Source: Octopus sinensis (taxonomy: Eukaryota). From it: a stretch of DNA of 64,000 bases. The notes under the pieces were generated by a model that saw only the letters and a program-made list of their open reading frames with translations, had not been told where the DNA came from and ran no database searches. Positions within the stretch are counted from its first letter, which is position 1. Each line of letters begins with the position of its first letter. Both the position numbers and the translations under genes were made by a program. Below are positions 62,861 through 64,000 of this stretch, piece after piece. The stretch is taken from NCBI RefSeq assembly GCF_006345805.1, contig NC_043000.1, forward strand, positions 158,968,001 through 159,032,000, read 5' to 3'.

Positions 62861-64000
62861 AATCTCAGTGTGGTAAACTGTCCGATATCAGGAGTTCGAA
62901 AATCCTGCAGAAACCAGTTCAGTAAGCAATTTGCTCTATACCACTGTTTTCCTTTCAGACAAGTACTTTCAAGTATGCACACACCGATATGCACACACGC
63001 ACTGAAATAGACATATCCTGATAAAAGCGGGCTCCACCGTTAAGAGAGGTAACGCAAACCAAACAGCAAGAGCTGATCTTAAAGGAGTTTTGCTTTATTA
63101 CAGATGATAAAGTGTTAGTGAGATAAAGTAAAAAATAGTGACGATATTCCAGTGCTAGAGAACACTAGGAAACCAATATGTTTTGTATGGCATGGTATTA
63201 TTTGAAAGTCACCTGATTCGGAGATGGCTTTCAAATGATGGCACGCAACCACGTAAATAACAAAACAATTTGATGACAACGGAGAATAATGAAGGAAGAC
63301 AAATCCCAACGTTACTTAAAAATAAACGCAATGCTGGCAAGTAAACATTGAACAGAATATTTTTTTAAAAAGTATCAAAATAGACCACACTTGCATCCAG
63401 GAATTTTCAACGTAACCGAAAAAACTACATGGTACTTGCGAAATTTTACTTTTGTTTGTAATGTCTATTGCTTTGTAACTGCCAAGAAGCAGAATGTAAA
63501 TGAAATTACCAAGATCAACCTATAGAGCCATTCATCAGAATCGGAAGGCATTGTTGACAGGTGAGCATAGGAATAATAAGTTGAACCGCTGCACCTAATG
63601 CAAAATTGTCATCCAAAGTGATGAATCAATTTCCGAAGGCCTTCTGGGGTTAGATCTGTAATATGATAAGCCCCGAATGGAAAATTCTTCCTGTCAGAAA
63701 ATTTACAAAATTTCACAGGTAAAAACCATTCATATGGATTCGGATACGTATTTCCAAAACACATTCTTATTTGAAACAAAATGATTTATGCCGCAACTGA
63801 TGGCACTGTCCCAATCGTAGGTAGATATTAGCGGTTGATTTCTGTAAATACACTAAGTATATTGATAGACACTACCTGCTCCATGAGATGGAAGCTAACA
63901 ATTCTTTATTTCCCGTACCTCGTATTTTCTTATATCACAGGCTGGGGATGAAGTTTTGCGGTTCTTGTGTGTCTGCGTTTTCTTTCCGTCGGAGGCGAGT

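Noticed and set aside
60640-64000. Possible Helitron Rep remnants on the minus strand (60.6-61.0 kb and 63.4-64.0 kb)
   Set aside because: Only a few residues resemble Rep motifs across frameshifts, which cannot be told from chance without a profile search.

Overview
AT-rich, non-genic eukaryotic DNA made almost entirely of microsatellites and transposon-derived sequence. The repeat families and microsatellite load resemble an octopod cephalopod genome (inference from recalled repeat families, not a database result). I find no host exons, operons, rRNA or CRISPR array, and most listed ORFs are microsatellite artefacts. Supportable content: a near-full-length Tx1/L1-clade LINE with a 14-bp TSD (23038-28360); a CR1/L2-group LINE whose ORF1 begins with a Myb/SANT-trihelix-like domain (about 39240-43795); a Penelope-like element (PLE) with a 3' pseudo-LTR and an inverted 5' pseudo-LTR (43873-47278); two decayed copies of a second PLE family; an R4/Dong 3' fragment; mariner remnants; two foldback MITEs; several tRNA-derived SINE families, one forming 184-bp multimers; and a tRNA-Asp pseudogene fused to a SINE tail. 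The strongest unannotated signal is 11 hand-folded type I hammerhead-ribozyme (HHR) motifs from about 7 repeat families. Nearly all have a palindromic or near-palindromic helix III and lie in short repeats abutting (TA)n. They include core variants (U3:A8, C4), an intact/G12A pair in the two pLTRs of one PLE, one motif 58 nt behind the Tx1 3' end, and one inside a tRNA-headed SINE-like unit. All folds were done by eye and none is experimentally tested.
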